Source: Candidatus Parvarchaeota archaeon (GTDB lineage Archaea; Nanobdellota; Nanobdellia; WJKC01). Taken from it: DNA of 64,000 nt. The notes under the pieces were generated by a model, which did no database searches, had not been told where the DNA came from, and worked only from the letters and a program-made list of their open reading frames with translations. Positions 1-8,853 of this stretch are shown here, piece after piece (the stretch's first letter is position 1; each line of letters opens with the position of its first letter). A program made the position numbers and the translations under genes. The stretch is taken from NCBI GenBank assembly GCA_030615175.1, contig JAUWZX010000001.1, forward strand, positions 460,044 to 524,043, given 5' to 3'.

Positions 1-276
1 CTTCTTGGGAGTTCTAGCCTTCTTCCTGCCCTTCCGAGTCCCGTAACCTTTTCTCCTGCCTTTCTTTCTCTGCTCATGCCTCTTCTTTGCTCTTGACCTG
101 CTAACACCTTTCTTCTTCTTAGCAGTGATTGTTCCTTTCTTAATCAAGTCTTTAACGTCGCTGCGCGTGATTGCCTCACTAATCTCTGTAAGTTTATCCT
201 CCTTGAAAGCAATCCTGTTCTTACCTGTCTTTAATAATTTGCTTGCAAGCCTCTTCTGCAGTTTATAAGTCTTCAT
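1..276 (-). CDS. rpl19e: 50S ribosomal protein L19e (5' part; runs off window)
   Basis: Manual translation from ATG at 276: MKTYKLQKRLASKLLKTGKNRIAF...AITRSDVKDLIKKG...KKGVSRSRAKKRHEQRKKGRRKGYGTRKG; expected position after L32e. Not in the ORF track. Confidence 0.95.
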   Translation of the reverse strand, partial: MKTYKLQKRLASKLLKTGKNRIAFKEDKLTEISEAITRSDVKDLIKKGTITAKKKKGVSRSRAKKRHEQRKKGRRKGYGTRKGRKKARTPKK

Positions 277-899
277 TCTTTCTCCTCCTCTGGCATGTCA
301 TGTAGTGCGTTTACTCCAGGCAAGAAACTCATGTTCTTTCTTGAAGCCCAGTAGTCAGCTTCTCTTACAGCAAGTTCAATTCTTGAAGGATAAGATGCTC
401 TTTGATATTCTTCAAGATTAACTTTCATTTCTTTATCAGTATAATTCCTATCCTCAAAAGGGGATATTATATAACACCAGGGGAACATATGATAACGGAC
501 CCCATTCTTAATTGTTTCCTTAATCCTTTTATCTAATTTGAATTGATCAAGCCAATTATAAGTTAAATACCCATGAGCGTAATCAGTATTCTTACCCCAT
601 TCAATGCCATTTTTGCAAACATCATGCAGGATAACGGCTGCAAGTGATGTGTCAGTTTCACTTTCAGAGAAAACAGCTCTTCTCGCGTACTGCTTGCATA
701 CACTAACTGCTTTGATAACATGCCTTAATAAGCCTCCCTCTCCCTGGTCTTCAGGAGGATGATACTTGCCGCTTGAACTTGAAGGAGCCTTCCAGAATTC
801 AGGGTTAGTATTATCCAGTACTGTTATTACAAACTTTTTAATCTTATCATCTTTAATCCCTTCAACTTCTTTAAACAAATAATCTTTACCGAAATTCAT
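273..899 (-). CDS. HD-domain metal-dependent phosphohydrolase (YhaM/phage-type HD)
   Basis: Motifs APSSSSGKYHP, GGLLRH, ILHDVCK, HG, RYHM, EADY; ATGA overlaps with both L32e and L19e. Confidence 0.8.
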   Translation of the reverse strand: MNFGKDYLFKEVEGIKDDKIKKFVITVLDNTNPEFWKAPSSSSGKYHPPEDQGEGGLLRHVIKAVSVCKQYARRAVFSESETDTSLAAVILHDVCKNGIEWGKNTDYAHGYLTYNWLDQFKLDKRIKETIKNGVRYHMFPWCYIISPFEDRNYTDKEMKVNLEEYQRASYPSRIELAVREADYWASRKNMSFLPGVNALHDMPEEEKE

Positions 900-1423
900 T
901 TCTTACCCTCCTTCTTAACTGGCTTCTTTTCTGCAGTTTTTTTCTTAATCTTAACAATCTTCTTCTTTGCTTCTTCCTTCTTTGCCTTATCCTCAAGCCT
1001 TTTTTTATCCTTCTTCTTCCTCTTTAACTTTTCATTTAATTCCTTGTCACGCTTATCCTTTGACTTCTTGAAGGATTCTTTTAATTTATTAACTGCTTCC
1101 TGAGTTTTCTTATAATTCTTAACAATTAATTCATTCTTAATGCACGCGTTTAATAATTCAATCTTCTTCTTAGCTCCGATATTGGATTTAAGCATGATGA
1201 CAGTTCCTTTTTTTAAGCCGCTTAATTCCTTTATATTACTTACAAACAGTAATTCCTTGCCTCTTCTTTTTTTAGGGCTTCTGTAACTAATGTTTGGCAT
1301 TGCAGTCCTGCGCCCTTTCTTCTTCTTACGTTGCTTGCTGCCCCAGCCCCTAGGCTTTCTCCAGACTGGCTTAACCTTCTTCCTTGAACCAAGTCCCTGC
1401 CTCCTGAACTTTAATTTTTTCAT
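896..1423 (-). CDS. rpl32e: 50S ribosomal protein L32e with Lys-rich C-terminal extension
   Basis: KFRRQ...WRKPRGWGSKQR...MPNISYRSPKK motif; operon position. Confidence 0.93.
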   Translation of the reverse strand: MKKLKFRRQGLGSRKKVKPVWRKPRGWGSKQRKKKKGRRTAMPNISYRSPKKRRGKELLFVSNIKELSGLKKGTVIMLKSNIGAKKKIELLNACIKNELIVKNYKKTQEAVNKLKESFKKSKDKRDKELNEKLKRKKKDKKRLEDKAKKEEAKKKIVKIKKKTAEKKPVKKEGKK

Positions 1424-1947
1424 GGCTTTTTAATTATCCAAATACCGTCTTGGAAAACCCTCCTGTCTTTTTTCTTAATTTGAGTCGTGCGCTCAAGATT
1501 AGCTGCTGTCTGACCAACAACTTCCTTGTCAAGACCTGTAATTGTTATAATATTGCCTTCAACCTTTAATTTAGCGCCATTAATTAACTTAGTTTTCCTA
1601 GGCTTCTTCTCGCCGATGAAGTTATCAATAATCACGTTATTACCCTCAACCTTAACGGTTATTGGGAAGTGACTGTAAGTAATTTTAAGCCGCGCTTCGT
1701 AGCCGTTAACCACTCCTTTAATCATGTTATTAATGTGCGAGGCGTAAGTGTTAATAATTCTTTTATACTTCCTTGAGTTAGAATCCTTAGCGCTCTTAAT
1801 AACTACGCTTTTAACTTCATCCAAGCTAACAGTGAATAATGGATTCTTAACAAGTCTTTTATTCTCACCTAAAGGACCTTTAATGAATAATATGTCATCC
1901 TCAATCCTTGCCTCAACGCCTTCAGGCAGTTTAATAACAGTAAGCAA
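1420..1947 (-). CDS. rpl6: 50S ribosomal protein L6
   Basis: KGPLGE, YSHFP, NFIGEK, DRRVFQDGIWI. Confidence 0.97.
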   Translation of the reverse strand: MLTVIKLPEGVEARIEDDILFIKGPLGENKRLVKNPLFTVSLDEVKSVVIKSAKDSNSRKYKRIINTYASHINNMIKGVVNGYEARLKITYSHFPITVKVEGNNVIIDNFIGEKKPRKTKLINGAKLKVEGNIITITGLDKEVVGQTAANLERTTQIKKKDRRVFQDGIWIIKKP

Positions 1948-2317
1948 TTAAAGTTCCTCCTAAATTCTTATTCTTTGCCTCTTCGTGAGTTATTAATCCT
2001 TTCTGAGTTGAAATAATTATTATTCCAAAACCAGCGGCTGGCAAGTACTGCTTCTCGTAATCCTCAATCTCCTCAACCTTGCATGGGAATCGCGGCCTTA
2101 TCGCGCCAATCTTATTAATCTTATTTAATAACTTAATCTTCAGGATTCCCCCTCTCCCGTCATCAATGGATTCGTACTCCCCGACATATCCTTTACCATT
2201 TAATAATTTTATTATTTTCTTTAATAATTTATTAATCCTCTTAATAACTGCTTCTTCCTTACTCAGTCTTTCAGCATTATTTATTATGCTTAACGCATCA
2301 CTAATTAATTCACCCAT
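1931..2317 (-). CDS. rps8: 30S ribosomal protein S8
   Basis: DDGRGG, INKIGAIRPRF, LPAAGFGIIIISTQKG, GGTLIAYCY. Confidence 0.97.
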   Translation of the reverse strand: MGELISDALSIINNAERLSKEEAVIKRINKLLKKIIKLLNGKGYVGEYESIDDGRGGILKIKLLNKINKIGAIRPRFPCKVEEIEDYEKQYLPAAGFGIIIISTQKGLITHEEAKNKNLGGTLIAYCY

Positions 2318-2323
2318 TAGTTA

Positions 2324-2554
2324 TCACCTGTATTTATTAAAACCTAACTCCTTAGCTTTGTCCCTGAAGCACTGCCTGCAGATATGCAGTCCGTAACGGC
2401 TGATGTGCCCTCCTCTCCTGCCGCAAATCTTGCACTTATTCTTGCCCTTGCCTGTTTTCCTAATCTTTGGCTTATTATGCTTCAAGTACTTCACTAGTTT
2501 AACTCTCTTATTTATTAACTGCTTTATTTTCTTCTTATATGATTTAGCAGTCAT
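2324..2554 (-). CDS. rps14: 30S ribosomal protein S14 (zinc type, N-terminally extended)
   Basis: CKICG...ICRQCFR...LGFNKY. Confidence 0.96.
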   Translation of the reverse strand: MTAKSYKKKIKQLINKRVKLVKYLKHNKPKIRKTGKGKNKCKICGRRGGHISRYGLHICRQCFRDKAKELGFNKYR

Positions 2555-3051
2555 TTAGCTTCAACCACCTTTGTCTTGAATTTTTTTTCAAAAAACTTTA
2601 TTGCTTCATCGGTTGTTATTCTTTGATGCTTTCCAATCACTGATTTTCTTATTCTGCGCTTAGCAACCCTTAATCCTGGTCGCTTAAGCAGTACTGCCAC
2701 GTCCATTCCAATAATCCCAATGTTTGGGTCATAATCCATTCCTGGAATGTAGATGTATTCTTCAACGCCGAAGCAGATGCTTCTGTTATTAAAACTTGAG
2801 CGTGACAGGGTGTTTTCAACAGCTTCTAATAACTTGGTTAATAATTTCTTAGCATCCTTTCTGACAGTGACTTTAACTCCTATTGGCAGTCCAGGCCTTA
2901 TCTTAAATGAAGGTATCTTCTTTTTTGCCTTAGTCACAACCGCCTTCCTGTTAGTTAACCGCTCTATTATTATTTTGGCTTTTTCCAAAGCCGCACCTGC
3001 CTCCCCGACCCCCATGTTTAAGCATACTTTTTCAATACTGATTTTCCTCAT
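2551..3051 (-). CDS. rpl5: 50S ribosomal protein L5
   Basis: [32 protein letters not shown]. Confidence 0.97.
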   Translation of the reverse strand: MRKISIEKVCLNMGVGEAGAALEKAKIIIERLTNRKAVVTKAKKKIPSFKIRPGLPIGVKVTVRKDAKKLLTKLLEAVENTLSRSSFNNRSICFGVEEYIYIPGMDYDPNIGIIGMDVAVLLKRPGLRVAKRRIRKSVIGKHQRITTDEAIKFFEKKFKTKVVEAK

Positions 3052-3749
3052 ATGGTCACCTTAATTTCTTTCCCGCCTAGAGGAAATGCGTAACTCTTAA
3101 TTGTTTCATATTCCTTATCCTTAATTTTTATCACGACTAAATCTTCGCGCGCTGCTTCTAACTCCCTTACTTCCTTTACCTTGGCTTTAACACCTATATG
3201 CTTGCCGCCAATTATGAATGCATTAACATTCTTCTCTAATGGCACGTAATTAATTACGTCCTGGCTTGGAATCTTAATTAAAAGACTTGAACCAGTTTTG
3301 TATTTCCTGCCTTCAATTTTCTTAACAATTATTGTCCTGCCGTCATGAGTCGTGATTTGAAATTCTTTTTTCTTCTTAATTTTCTTCTTAATCATTACAA
3401 GTTTTAATCCTGCTTCTTTACTCTTAATTTCTAATGGAATCATTCTTCCTTTAATGTCGTAAGTAATCCTGTAATACTTTTTAATCTTAGGGACTGATAT
3501 TACATCCATGAATCCTATTGGGAATCTATAATCCTTTCGAGCGACTCCGTCAACAAGCACTTCCTTCTTTTTAAGAATTTTCTTAACTTCTTTGGCATTT
3601 CTCGCAACATGAGTGAAATCCCTTATTAGTAATCCGAGAGGTATTGATTCCTTTCTCTTGTGAGGTCCAGGCCTTATTCTCGGCGTCCAAACCTTGTCCT
3701 TTCTTAGTATTGAATACGTTTTCGGTGCTGAAATCCTTTTCTGCATCAT
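3048..3749 (-). CDS. rps4e: 30S ribosomal protein S4e
   Basis: KRISAPKTY, PGPH, VDGVARKDYRFPIGFMDVI, THDGRT. Confidence 0.97.
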   Translation of the reverse strand: MMQKRISAPKTYSILRKDKVWTPRIRPGPHKRKESIPLGLLIRDFTHVARNAKEVKKILKKKEVLVDGVARKDYRFPIGFMDVISVPKIKKYYRITYDIKGRMIPLEIKSKEAGLKLVMIKKKIKKKKEFQITTHDGRTIIVKKIEGRKYKTGSSLLIKIPSQDVINYVPLEKNVNAFIIGGKHIGVKAKVKEVRELEAAREDLVVIKIKDKEYETIKSYAFPLGGKEIKVTI

Positions 3750-4102
3750 TTTTTCTTCACCCTTTTCAACCTCTTAGGGTCTTCTAAGTTAAGTTTATTA
3801 ATCATTAAATTTGATGAATGTAGCGGGACTTTAACTTTTGTCCCGTCCTTTTTCTCAAAAGACACATTATCCACGAATACCTTGTACTTCTTCCTTTGCA
3901 CCATGCTAACCTTGCCTTCCTTGCCTTTATAAGAGCCCTTCATCACTAATACCTCATCACCCTTCCTGATAGGCATGCTTCTCCTGCCATATTTCTCTCT
4001 TAATGAAGTGCTTAAGTGACTGCTCATTATTCTGCGCCTAACGTGCAGTGGAGCGTTGTAAACACGCTTCCGTTGCTTTCCTCTCTTAGCGCTTAACTTC
4101 AT
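3746..4102 (-). CDS. rpl24: 50S ribosomal protein L24
   Basis: KQRKRVYNAPLH, IRKGDEVLVMKG, LHSSNLMI; start placed at the ATG overlapping the L14 stop (ATGA). Confidence 0.95.
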   Translation of the reverse strand: MKLSAKRGKQRKRVYNAPLHVRRRIMSSHLSTSLREKYGRRSMPIRKGDEVLVMKGSYKGKEGKVSMVQRKKYKVFVDNVSFEKKDGTKVKVPLHSSNLMINKLNLEDPKRLKRVKKK

Positions 4103-4500
4103 ATTACCACTCTCGCAATCTTTCCAACCTTCTTCCACCTGTCAACTACTTCCTTGGCAACAGGTCCTTTGATTGCAGTGCCTTTAGGGTCTCCTTCATC
4201 ACTTTTTAATAATATTGCGCAGTTCTCATCAAACTTAACTCTTGTCCCGTCAGGCCTCCTGTAACTCCCTTTTTGCTGAACTATTAATGCCTTGACGAGT
4301 TTATGTTTTAATTCAGGATTCCCAACCTTTACTGTTGCAGTAATCATGTCGCCAACCCCTCCACGGGAGTATCTGTTCTTAACTCCTTTATAACCTTTAA
4401 CGCTGATTAATTCAATAATTTTAGCTCCAGAATTATCAATTACTTTAAGACGCGAGCCTACCTGCAGTCTCCTAGTTATTGTAGAGCCAGTATCCTTCAT
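4099..4500 (-). CDS. rpl14: 50S ribosomal protein L14
   Basis: DNSGAK, GVGD, RRPDGTRVKFDEN, KGTAIKGPVAKE. Confidence 0.97.
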   Translation of the reverse strand: MKDTGSTITRRLQVGSRLKVIDNSGAKIIELISVKGYKGVKNRYSRGGVGDMITATVKVGNPELKHKLVKALIVQQKGSYRRPDGTRVKFDENCAILLKSDEGDPKGTAIKGPVAKEVVDRWKKVGKIARVVI

Positions 4501-4832
4501 TTCTCCTTCACCTTTAGTATTACAAATTTCTTAGTCTTGCTTAAAGGCCTGCACTCCATTATCACTACTTCATTACCTGTTTTGGCGTTAATGCATTCAG
4601 GGTTATGAGCCTTAACTCTGCTCCTCTTCTTCATATACCGCTTGTATTTCTTAAGCCTTACAATCCTAGGCCATTCAACAGTGGTTGTCTTAGCCATTCT
4701 ATCACTGATTACTCTGCCAGTGAATATTCTGCCGCGCACGCTTAACTTGCCATGCCAAGGGCACTTGCTGTCACTGCACTTATTCTCCGGCGGTTCAATG
4801 CCTTTTATCCCAATACCTTTACTCTTTACCAT
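4497..4832 (-). CDS. rps17: 30S ribosomal protein S17
   Basis: CSDSKCPWHG, VRGRIFTG, ECRPLSKTKKF. Confidence 0.97.
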   Translation of the reverse strand: MVKSKGIGIKGIEPPENKCSDSKCPWHGKLSVRGRIFTGRVISDRMAKTTTVEWPRIVRLKKYKRYMKKRSRVKAHNPECINAKTGNEVVIMECRPLSKTKKFVILKVKEK

Positions 4833-5107
4833 CTCTTCACCAATTTTTTCCTTCGCTTAATTCTTTTCTCAGGCCTGCCAATTAATGCTTCTCCAGGCAC
4901 TTTTACTTCTCCTTCTTTTGTCTTAATCAATAGTGTTATATTCTTTTTTAATATTTTCCTTAAGCCGTTTATTGTATCAATGCTTAGCGTGTTCCTTGTT
5001 TCATCCACTACCCTGCCTTTAATTCCTTTTAAGGTTTCATTCCTTGCTTCTATAATATTTACTTTTAATCCAATGATTTCATGTCTTACCTGTTTTTTTA
5101 ATTTCAC
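4826..5107 (-). CDS. rnp1: Ribonuclease P protein subunit p29 (Rpp29/POP4)
   Basis: HEIIGL...GIKGRVVDETRNTL...GRPEKR; canonical position between SUI1 and S17. Confidence 0.93.
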   Translation of the reverse strand: MKLKKQVRHEIIGLKVNIIEARNETLKGIKGRVVDETRNTLSIDTINGLRKILKKNITLLIKTKEGEVKVPGEALIGRPEKRIKRRKKLVKRW

Positions 5108-5423
5108 TTAAATTATCTCCTTCAATCTTGAATCCTTTATGCCGTAAAAATTTTTTAACGCTTTTCCTATGGTTTCCTTGGAGTTCAATCCAGTTATTTT
5201 CCCTGTCATAAACTCCTCCGCAAGCAAGTTTTTTCTTAAGGTATTTAATTAATTTCTTTAACTCATTTGATTCCAATTCATTCCAGTCAAGTCCCCTAAT
5301 TATTGTTACTGGCTTACCCCATTTCCTTGAAGTCACTATAATGCTTAATTTCTGTGATTCCTTTACTATTTCTTCACAAGTGCATATTTCTTTTGGCAAC
5401 CCGCATTTTGGGCAAACTGTCAT
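5079..5423 (-). CDS. Translation initiation factor SUI1 (aIF1)
   Basis: CPKCGLPKEICTC, LKKKLACGG, IELQGNH. Confidence 0.95.
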   Translation of the reverse strand: MTVCPKCGLPKEICTCEEIVKESQKLSIIVTSRKWGKPVTIIRGLDWNELESNELKKLIKYLKKKLACGGVYDRENNWIELQGNHRKSVKKFLRHKGFKIEGDNLSEIKKTGKT

Positions 5424-5429
5424 TTTTTT

Positions 5430-5633
5430 TTACTTCATACCTCTCTCTTTTTTTATTGTATTAATCCTGGCAATTGTTTTCTTAATCTCTTTTATCCTGC
5501 CAGGATTCTCTGGATTAACCTTCGAGGCTGACTGTGCTTTAGCCTTCATTAATTCCTTCATTAATTCTTCACTCTTCTTTTTTAATTCTTTTCTGTTTAA
5601 CTCTCTTATTTCCTTCTTCTTTAGTATCGCCAT
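5430..5633 (-). CDS. rpl29: 50S ribosomal protein L29
   Basis: MAILKKKEIRE...NPGRIKEIKKTIARINT; GGAGGTGA SD upstream. Confidence 0.95.
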   Translation of the reverse strand: MAILKKKEIRELNRKELKKKSEELMKELMKAKAQSASKVNPENPGRIKEIKKTIARINTIKKERGMK

Positions 5634-6264
5634 GAGCACTCACCTCCTCGCTTTGAACTTTTTCAGGTGTTTTTATAATATTAAACTGGTCAGGCGTCTT
5701 GACGTAAGGGCTTAGTATGTTTACTTTGACTCCTACGCTTCCCTGTTTCCATTGAATGTCTTTGAATCCTTTATCAACTAAATTATTAGCGACATGACCA
5801 TTTTTTGGAAGTCTTCCTTCCTTAAACCTCCATGTTTTATGCCTTTTGCCTGGAATTCTTCCTGATATGACGACTTCAGCTCCTACTGCTCCCGCTTTCA
5901 TAATCCTTCGCAGGGTGTTGTAACCAATCGCCTTGAACCTTGTTTTACCGAATCTCTTTATTTGGTACACGATTCTTTCAGCCATTATGTTAGCATCAAG
6001 TTCAGGTTCCCTGACTTCATTAACTTCTAATTGAGGGCTTTCAAGTTTGAACTTCTTTTTTAGGAGTCTTGTCATTTCAGCAATGTTTTTCCCTCCCTTG
6101 CCAACTATTATGCCAGGCTTGCTCGTGTTAATCTTGATTTTAAGCCCTAAAGGCGTTTTTTCAATTTCAGCGCTGCTGTAACCGGCATTAACAAATTTTT
6201 CTTTTAAGTAACTCTTAATTTTATACTCTTTTACTTTATTCTCAATGAATTTCCTTTCAATCAT
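5569..6264 (-). CDS. rps3: 30S ribosomal protein S3
   Basis: AGYS, KTPLG, KPGIIVGKGG (KH domain), GAVGAEVVISGR. Confidence 0.97.
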   Translation of the reverse strand: MIERKFIENKVKEYKIKSYLKEKFVNAGYSSAEIEKTPLGLKIKINTSKPGIIVGKGGKNIAEMTRLLKKKFKLESPQLEVNEVREPELDANIMAERIVYQIKRFGKTRFKAIGYNTLRRIMKAGAVGAEVVISGRIPGKRHKTWRFKEGRLPKNGHVANNLVDKGFKDIQWKQGSVGVKVNILSPYVKTPDQFNIIKTPEKVQSEEVSAHGDTKEEGNKRVKQKRIKKEE

Positions 6265-6728
6265 TTTTTCTTCACTTCTTTTGTAATCTTCTTTTTCTTT
6301 TCAGTCTCTTCTTTTTCCTTAACTTTTATCCTAATGCTTAATGATTTAGCACTCTTAATGAAAGGCCCTTTTCTTGCGCGGAGCCGCTTGTTCTTGCTTA
6401 TGTTCATCATTGTTATTGCCTCATGCACGTATAATTTCTCCTCTTGCAGTCCCTGATTAACAGCGTTATTTTTAGCATTAAATAGTAATTTGATTATGTG
6501 GTCACACGCCTTGATAGGATATCTTCCAGCACTCATTCCTCTTTTATGACCCATATCCTTCTTATATCTCTTGAATGGCACTGCCCGTTTGAAGTTCTTA
6601 ACTAATTCAAGCCTTTCAATTGCTTTGTCAAGATTCATTCCTTTAATCATATTTAACACTTCTCTTACATGCTTCCTGCTTATTGGAAGCCTGCTTCCTG
6701 CACCAACCGCAACATTATAATCCTTCAT
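6261..6728 (-). CDS. rpl22: 50S ribosomal protein L22
   Basis: ISRKH, AVPFKRY, GRYPIKA, NAKNNA. Confidence 0.95.
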   Translation of the reverse strand: MKDYNVAVGAGSRLPISRKHVREVLNMIKGMNLDKAIERLELVKNFKRAVPFKRYKKDMGHKRGMSAGRYPIKACDHIIKLLFNAKNNAVNQGLQEEKLYVHEAITMMNISKNKRLRARKGPFIKSAKSLSIRIKVKEKEETEKKKKITKEVKKK

Positions 6729-7136
6729 TTATTTCACCGGCACGAACTTGCTTGACCTGCTTGCACCAACCCCTGGACTCGAGTGCTTAACCATCTTCCT
6801 AGTCATTGCATATTCACCTAATGCGTGTCCTATCATTGAATTCTTTATTAACACTTCATAGAATTCCTTTCCATTATGCACTTTAATCGTTAAGCCAACC
6901 ATTATTGGCAATATTATGAAACTCCTTCTATGAGTCTTAATGTCATTCTGCGGCTTGCCTGAGTCAACAGTCTTTCTTGCTTCTTTAATTCTCTTCACCA
7001 GTCTTGGATTATTCTTTAATAATCCTCTCTTAATAGCCCTTCTAGCCCTTGCCGGCATTAATTTAATTACTTCATCCAATGGCATCTTAATTAATTCCTC
7101 AATTTTTTTACCCCTGTAATTAAATTCTCTTACCAT
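6729..7136 (-). CDS. rps19: 30S ribosomal protein S19
   Basis: FNYRGK, KTHRR, HNGKEF, MIGHALGE, PGVGASRSSKFVPVK. Confidence 0.97.
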   Translation of the reverse strand: MVREFNYRGKKIEELIKMPLDEVIKLMPARARRAIKRGLLKNNPRLVKRIKEARKTVDSGKPQNDIKTHRRSFIILPIMVGLTIKVHNGKEFYEVLIKNSMIGHALGEYAMTRKMVKHSSPGVGASRSSKFVPVK

Positions 7137-7143
7137 TACATTA

Positions 7144-7869
7144 TCACTTCTTTTTCCTTCTCCCTGTTCTTCTTGAAGCTATTGTTCCGACCTTTGCTCC
7201 TGGAGGAGCTCCCCTGCTAACAGTTCTTGACTTCCTGTTCCTGCCTCCTCCACCACCGTGAGGGTGCTCTACAGGATTCTTTGAAGTGGCTGAGACTATT
7301 GGCCATAACTTGCCTTTGGCTTTTTTCTTGTAATAATTCTTGCCTGCTTTTACTAATGGTTTTTCCCCATGCCCTCCGCCAGCAATAACACCTATTGTTG
7401 CCCGGCAATTATTATTAAATGTCTTGAACTTCTTTGATGGCAGTTTAATGACTGTTTTTTCATCACTTTTCTGCACAATCCTTGCACTGTTACCAGCAGT
7501 TCTTGCAATTGAGCCGCCGTCGCCTGGCGTTAATTCAATATTATTTATCGTTGTTCCTTCAGGTATTGATATTAATGGCAGGACGTTGCCTGGCTTGATG
7601 CTTGCAGTTGCTCCATATTCTGTTATATCTCCTTTCTTTATTCCAAGAGTTGCTGGCAGTGCAGTTATTTGATTTTGATGCTTGATTATCATTAATGGCG
7701 CGCTCCTTGCAGGGTCATGTAGCAATTCAATTACTTCTCCTTTAATCATTCCTTCTTTCTCTGCTGCCTCGTAAGTTTTGTATTCACATTTTGCCTTGTA
7801 GCGGTGGCTTTTAGCCCTGTAAGTAGTTGTTCCTTTTCCACGCCTCCTAGTTATCGTTCTCCTCGGCAT
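7144..7869 (-). CDS. rpl2: 50S ribosomal protein L2
   Basis: RRGKG, HDPARSAP, LPSKK, NPVEHPHGGG, APPGAKVG. Confidence 0.98.
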   Translation of the reverse strand: MPRRTITRRRGKGTTTYRAKSHRYKAKCEYKTYEAAEKEGMIKGEVIELLHDPARSAPLMIIKHQNQITALPATLGIKKGDITEYGATASIKPGNVLPLISIPEGTTINNIELTPGDGGSIARTAGNSARIVQKSDEKTVIKLPSKKFKTFNNNCRATIGVIAGGGHGEKPLVKAGKNYYKKKAKGKLWPIVSATSKNPVEHPHGGGGGRNRKSRTVSRGAPPGAKVGTIASRRTGRRKKK

Positions 7870-7870
7870 C

Positions 7871-8122
7871 TTATATCATTCCTAATTCAGTTCCAACGTC
7901 TAATGCATTGTTTGAAGTGCTTAATTTTATGTAAGCTTTCTTCTCATTCTTCGTTGTTATTAAAGTCCTTACTTTTAATACTTTCACGTTGAATAATTCT
8001 TCAACTGCTTTTTTAATTTTTATTTTATTTGATTTTTCATTAACTATTAGTGTCAGGGTATTCTCAGCTTCCATTAAGCGCACTGCTTTTTCACTCATTA
8101 CAGGCCTTATTATTACATCCAT
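7871..8122 (-). CDS. rpl23: 50S ribosomal protein L23
   Basis: PVMSEKA, NTLTLIV, FNVKVLKVRT, KKAYIKL. Confidence 0.96.
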   Translation of the reverse strand: MDVIIRPVMSEKAVRLMEAENTLTLIVNEKSNKIKIKKAVEELFNVKVLKVRTLITTKNEKKAYIKLSTSNNALDVGTELGMI

Positions 8123-8853
8123 AATTTCTCTTCCCCTATTCTTTTTATTGCTCCAAGACTGAATACTGCTGTCCTGCCAGGACTTCCTCCTGGAGCTAAT
8201 AATTCAATGTTTAATTCCTTAATTATTGCAGCATTAACTCCTGGTATGTTATTACTTGCCTTTATGGCATCGCATTTGTCATTGAATACTAGTAATGGTC
8301 CTTTCTTGTACCTCTTAATTCTGCCGCGCATTTTGCCCTTGCCTGCCTTCCTGCGCACTACCTTCTCTAATTTCAATCCATTCTTATTTAATGCCTTTAT
8401 TAATTCCTTTGTCTGCTTTATTGATTCCATTTTATTCTCTATTATTACTGGCTTGCAAGCGCTTAAAGCACTTCTTATCGCCTTCCTTCGCTCCTTCTTA
8501 TTAATCTTCTCCTTAATCTTTTTCTCTGATTTCGGCGGGTGAGCAACCCTTCCCTTTACTGTGAACGGCGCCATTGCCCCTACTAGCATGAATCTCCTGC
8601 CCCTTGATGATAATGTTTTCCTTGGAGTCCTGCTCCTGCCTGCGCCGTAAACTGTTTTGTAAGCCCTTCTCCTCTTGCTTAAGTAAACAGCCCATCTATT
8701 GCCAGCTCCTTTCATTACTCCTTGAGGTTGAATCTTATGACTTCTTAATGCATTAAAAGCTCTTTTAATCAAGTCCTTTCTGACATCTTCATTGAATTGT
8801 TCTGGCAGTTTTATTGTCATTACTTCCTTGCCAGTTATTGAATTAACTTTCAT
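8113..8853 (-). CDS. rpl4: 50S ribosomal protein L4
   Basis: LPEQF, VRKDLIKRA, KGRVAHPP, LLAPGGSPGR; start placed at the ATG overlapping the L3 stop. Confidence 0.96.
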   Translation of the reverse strand: MKVNSITGKEVMTIKLPEQFNEDVRKDLIKRAFNALRSHKIQPQGVMKGAGNRWAVYLSKRRRAYKTVYGAGRSRTPRKTLSSRGRRFMLVGAMAPFTVKGRVAHPPKSEKKIKEKINKKERRKAIRSALSACKPVIIENKMESIKQTKELIKALNKNGLKLEKVVRRKAGKGKMRGRIKRYKKGPLLVFNDKCDAIKASNNIPGVNAAIIKELNIELLAPGGSPGRTAVFSLGAIKRIGEEKLWM

